DNA from: an uncultured Gammaproteobacteria bacterium
GTDB lineage: Bacteria > Patescibacteriota > Patescibacteriia > Patescibacteriales > GWE2-39-37
DNA: 64,000 bases
Direction: 5' to 3'
Assembly (NCBI GenBank): GCA_964443495.1
Contig: CAYUCS010000003.1
Coordinates: 132,031-196,030 of the forward strand
Below are positions 61,227 through 64,000 of the stretch, piece after piece (positions within the stretch are counted from its first letter, which is position 1; each line of letters starts with the position of its first letter). The notes beneath the pieces were generated by a model. The model saw only the letters and a list, made by a program, of their open reading frames with translations, did not search any database and had not been told where the DNA came from. The position numbers and the translations under genes were made by a program.

Positions 61227-63095
61227 ATGATTACTAAGTACAAAAGCGGTTCCGCCGCTCTGCCATCGGCAGGCGGGCGGGCAAAACCGAAGTTTTCCCG
61301 CCCGGACGCGCAGTCCAGGCGGACAGACGCCCCTCGGCCTAAACAGGCACAGGGGCAAGCGCCAGCCGTTCAGGCTGAGCGCCCACGCCGCATCATCCGC
61401 GAGCGCAGCTTCGCCGGCGGCAAACTGCGCGTCATGGTCATGGGCGGACTTGAAGAAGTCGGACGCAACATGACTGTCTTCGAATATGACAAGGAGATCA
61501 TCATAGTCGACATGGGTCTGCAATTTCCTGAAGAGGATATGCCCGGCATCGACTACATCATCCCCAATATCAGTTATCTCGAAGACAAGAAGGATTGGGT
61601 CAAAGGCGTCATAATTACCCATGGACATATGGACCACATCGGCGCTATTCCTCACTTGGTGCCTGCTTTGGGAAACCCGCCGATGTTCATGGGCAAGCTC
61701 ACTGCCGGCCTGGTAAAGAAGCTGACCGAGAAATATCATCGCCAAGTCAATCTTGATATCGCTGAAATCAACGAGAATTCCAAGCTGCAGCTCGGCCGCA
61801 ACTTCACAGTGGAATTCTTCCGTGTCAATCACTCGATTCCTGACGGCTTCGCTATCATTGTCCGCACCCCGGCCGGCACCGTAATCCATACGGGTGACTT
61901 CAAGATCGACTATACGCCGGTCAACGATCAGCCGGCCGACATCAACCGCATCGCTCTTCTGGGCGCTAGCGGCGTCTTGATGCTGATGGCCGATTCGACC
62001 GATGCCACCCACCCGGGATATCAGGTTTCTGAATCATACATCGGTGACGAGATGAGCAAATTATTCGACAAGATCGACGGCCGCATCATCATCGGCACCT
62101 TCGCTTCGCAGATCAGCCGCGTCCAGAAGATTCTGGAGCTGGCCGAGAAGCATGGCCGCAAAGTCTCTTTGCAGGGCCGCACCATGAACGATAACGTCGA
62201 GGTCGCGCACCAGATCGGCTATTTGAAATTTAATCCGAACCTGATCGTCGATGACAAGGATTTGCATAAATATCCTGACAACAAGCTTATTATTCTGGGC
62301 ACTGGCGCCCAGGGCGAGTCGAGCGCGTTCCTTTCCCGCGTGGTCAACAAGGAGCACCGCGTGGTCGAGCTCAAGAAGGGCGATACGGTGATCTTTTCTT
62401 CATCGGTCATCCCGGGTAATGAGCGTTCGATCCAGACACTGAAAGACATGGTCGTGCGCCAAGGCGCCAAGGTGATCCATTATCAGATGATGGACGTCCA
62501 TGCCGGCGGCCACGCCAAGCAGGAAGACTTGAAGCTGATGATGCGCTTGATCAAGCCGGAATATTTCATGCCGATCGAGGGCAATCATTATCTGCTGCAA
62601 GCGCATGCGGACTTGGCCCGCGGCGTTGGCATTCCGGAGAACAAGATCTTCGTGGCCGACAATGGCCAGGTGGCTGAGTTTTCCAAGGATTCTACCGGTA
62701 AGACAGTCGGGCACCTGACCAAGGAAAAAGTGCCGACCGATTACGTCATGGTTGACGGCTTAGGCGTCGGTGACGTCTCACATATCGTGTTGCGTGACCG
62801 CCGTGTCATGGCTGAAGACGGCATGATCGTCATCATTACTACGGTTGATAACGCGACCGGCGAGCCGATCGGCAACCCGGACATCATTTCCCGAGGCTTC
62901 GTCTACATGAAAGAGAATAAAGAATTGATCGAAAAGACCAGGATGAAGGTCAAGAAAATCGTCAAGGATCACGATCCTCGCACTCCGGCCGACGACGATT
63001 ACCTCAAGAACAAGATTCGCAATGATGTCGGGCAGTTTTTGTACGCCAATACCAAGAGGCGTCCGATGGTGCTGCCGGTTGTGATAAAAGTATAA
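61227..63095 (+). CDS. rnj: Ribonuclease J with a basic/Pro-rich N-terminal extension
   Basis: Start chosen at ATG 61227. Metallo-beta-lactamase HGHMDH, beta-CASP and C-terminal domains. The first ~70 aa are rich in Arg, Pro, Ala and Gln. Confidence 0.9.
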   Translation: MITKYKSGSAALPSAGGRAKPKFSRPDAQSRRTDAPRPKQAQGQAPAVQAERPRRIIRERSFAGGKLRVMVMGGLEEVGRNMTVFEYDKEIIIVDMGLQFPEEDMPGIDYIIPNISYLEDKKDWVKGVIITHGHMDHIGAIPHLVPALGNPPMFMGKLTAGLVKKLTEKYHRQVNLDIAEINENSKLQLGRNFTVEFFRVNHSIPDGFAIIVRTPAGTVIHTGDFKIDYTPVNDQPADINRIALLGASGVLMLMADSTDATHPGYQVSESYIGDEMSKLFDKIDGRIIIGTFASQISRVQKILELAEKHGRKVSLQGRTMNDNVEVAHQIGYLKFNPNLIVDDKDLHKYPDNKLIILGTGAQGESSAFLSRVVNKEHRVVELKKGDTVIFSSSVIPGNERSIQTLKDMVVRQGAKVIHYQMMDVHAGGHAKQEDLKLMMRLIKPEYFMPIEGNHYLLQAHADLARGVGIPENKIFVADNGQVAEFSKDSTGKTVGHLTKEKVPTDYVMVDGLGVGDVSHIVLRDRRVMAEDGMIVIITTVDNATGEPIGNPDIISRGFVYMKENKELIEKTRMKVKKIVKDHDPRTPADDDYLKNKIRNDVGQFLYANTKRRPMVLPVVIKV

Positions 63096-63101
63096 TAACC
63101 G

Positions 63102-63154
63102 CTTTAATATAATAAAACACGCTGGCATTGCCAGCGTGTTTTATTATATTAAAG
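63102..63154. terminator. Very long perfect hairpin, bidirectional terminator
   Basis: About 25-bp stem CTTTAATATAATAAAACACGCTGGC / GCCAGCGTGTTTTATTATATTAAAG between convergent genes. Confidence 0.8.
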
Positions 63155-63161
63155 GCCGGGT

Positions 63162-63383
63162 TTATTGTTCCGTTTCAGCGACTTCATCCTGAAGAAGCTC
63201 GCGCATAGCCATCAATTCGTCCTTGATGAACTCGATATTGTCCTCATCTGAAAGCTTGCCGCGTTCGAGAAAATATTCGATCGTTTCGTCAATGACCTGT
63301 TCGAAAGAATCCATGTCGTAAGCGCCTTGCTCTTCGACTTTGGTTTTGACCAGTTCGTAAATTTCAGAAGTTGTCTCGTCCAT
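63162..63383 (-). CDS. Small acidic hypothetical protein
   Basis: 73 aa, very acidic and helical. No SD and no family recognised. Confidence 0.45.
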   Translation of the reverse strand: MDETTSEIYELVKTKVEEQGAYDMDSFEQVIDETIEYFLERGKLSDEDNIEFIKDELMAMRELLQDEVAETEQ

Positions 63384-63649
63384 ATTTAAGTTTAAGTATT
63401 TGAGTTGAGTATAGATTTATTGCTGAAAAATGGCAAGACCCATGATTGAATCATCGGACACTAAAATTAAAAAATGGTTAAGCAGGACGGCACGGTGCCT
63501 TATTTAGTTTTTTGTGCAGCATAAGTAAAAAAAACACGGCATGATTCTGCCTGGCCAGCTAGCCAAGGACAGTATCGTCAAACTTTAATGAATTTTGAAA
63601 AAGTGTTATAATAATCTTACTGAAACGCATCTTCGTAACCAAGGAGAAA

Positions 63650-64000
63650 ATGCAGCCAATAATCAAAGTCGAACACCTGAACGTCATCTATAATCTAGGC
63701 AAGAGCAGCGAATATCGGGCCTTGTCTGACATAAACCTGGAGATATATCCGGAGGAATTCGTGATATTTTTCGGGCCGTCCGGTTGCGGCAAATCGACTT
63801 TGCTGTACTCTATTTCCGGGCTGGAAACCAATATCCAGGGCAATGTGATTGTCGATGGAAAAAATATCGCCCTGTTCGACAAGAAAGAGATTCTCAAGTT
63901 TCATCGCAAGACTATCGGCATGATTTTTCAGGCGTTTTATCTTATCGCCTCCTTGACCGTCCAGAAGAACGTGGCCTTGCCGCAGATTTTCATCAATGGC
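63650..64000 (+). CDS. ABC transporter ATP-binding protein (MacB/LolD-like), 3' end outside the window
   Basis: Not in the ORF track because it has no stop in the window. AAGGAG (63641-63646) then ATG 63650. MQPIIKVEHLNVIY..., Walker A GPSGCGKSTL. The frame is open to 64000. Confidence 0.85.
   Translation, partial: MQPIIKVEHLNVIYNLGKSSEYRALSDINLEIYPEEFVIFFGPSGCGKSTLLYSISGLETNIQGNVIVDGKNIALFDKKEILKFHRKTIGMIFQAFYLIASLTVQKNVALPQIFING

Noticed and set aside
1-64000. Alternative genetic code (UGA recoding, as in some CPR lineages)
   Set aside because: TGA terminates ORFs at family-consistent lengths (for example dinB at 12790-12792). Standard-code translation yields full-length conserved proteins throughout the window.
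1-64000. CRISPR arrays, rRNA genes, transposases or integrases
   Set aside because: I saw no regularly spaced direct repeats, no rRNA-like sequence, and no ORF with transposase (DDE) or tyrosine/serine recombinase motifs. The att-like repeats therefore have no cognate recombinase in this window.

Overview
The window reads in the standard genetic code, because TGA closes family-length ORFs such as dinB. GC content is heterogeneous: about 55-60% in core genes and about 35-42% in accessory genes. I call about 60 CDS, 5 tRNAs (none with an encoded CCA), one tmRNA next to smpB, and many hairpin terminators and sigma70-like promoters. Core content includes rpsO, pnp, nusA, an H+-pyrophosphatase, tig, smpB/ssrA, infC-rpmI-rplT, secG and RNase J. 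It also includes a pyruvate kinase without the C-terminal domain and dinB behind a LexA-like repressor. By inference only, the gene content and style suggest a small-genome CPR/Patescibacteria-like bacterium. The accessory content holds the main findings. (1) At 48.6-57.3 kb a RavA-like MoxR ATPase and a membrane-tethered VWA protein lie next to a 1801-aa membrane-anchored alpha-2-macroglobulin-like protein. That protein has no thioester motif and carries a complete mini-intein/Hint domain with a non-nucleophilic +1 Ala exactly where the bait region normally sits. A signal-peptide Memo-like protein follows it directly. (2) At three tRNA genes the last 22-24 nt are duplicated 107-179 nt downstream, each copy abutted by the same GC hairpin GGGGCTTCCGCCCC. 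These look like att scars of a miniature element that targets the tRNA T-loop. (3) A low-GC ArsR/thioredoxin-like/permease/CcdA-like island lies beside tRNA-His. (4) An apparently well-expressed 383-aa protein has no motif I recognise. No CRISPR array, rRNA gene, transposase or integrase gene was seen.
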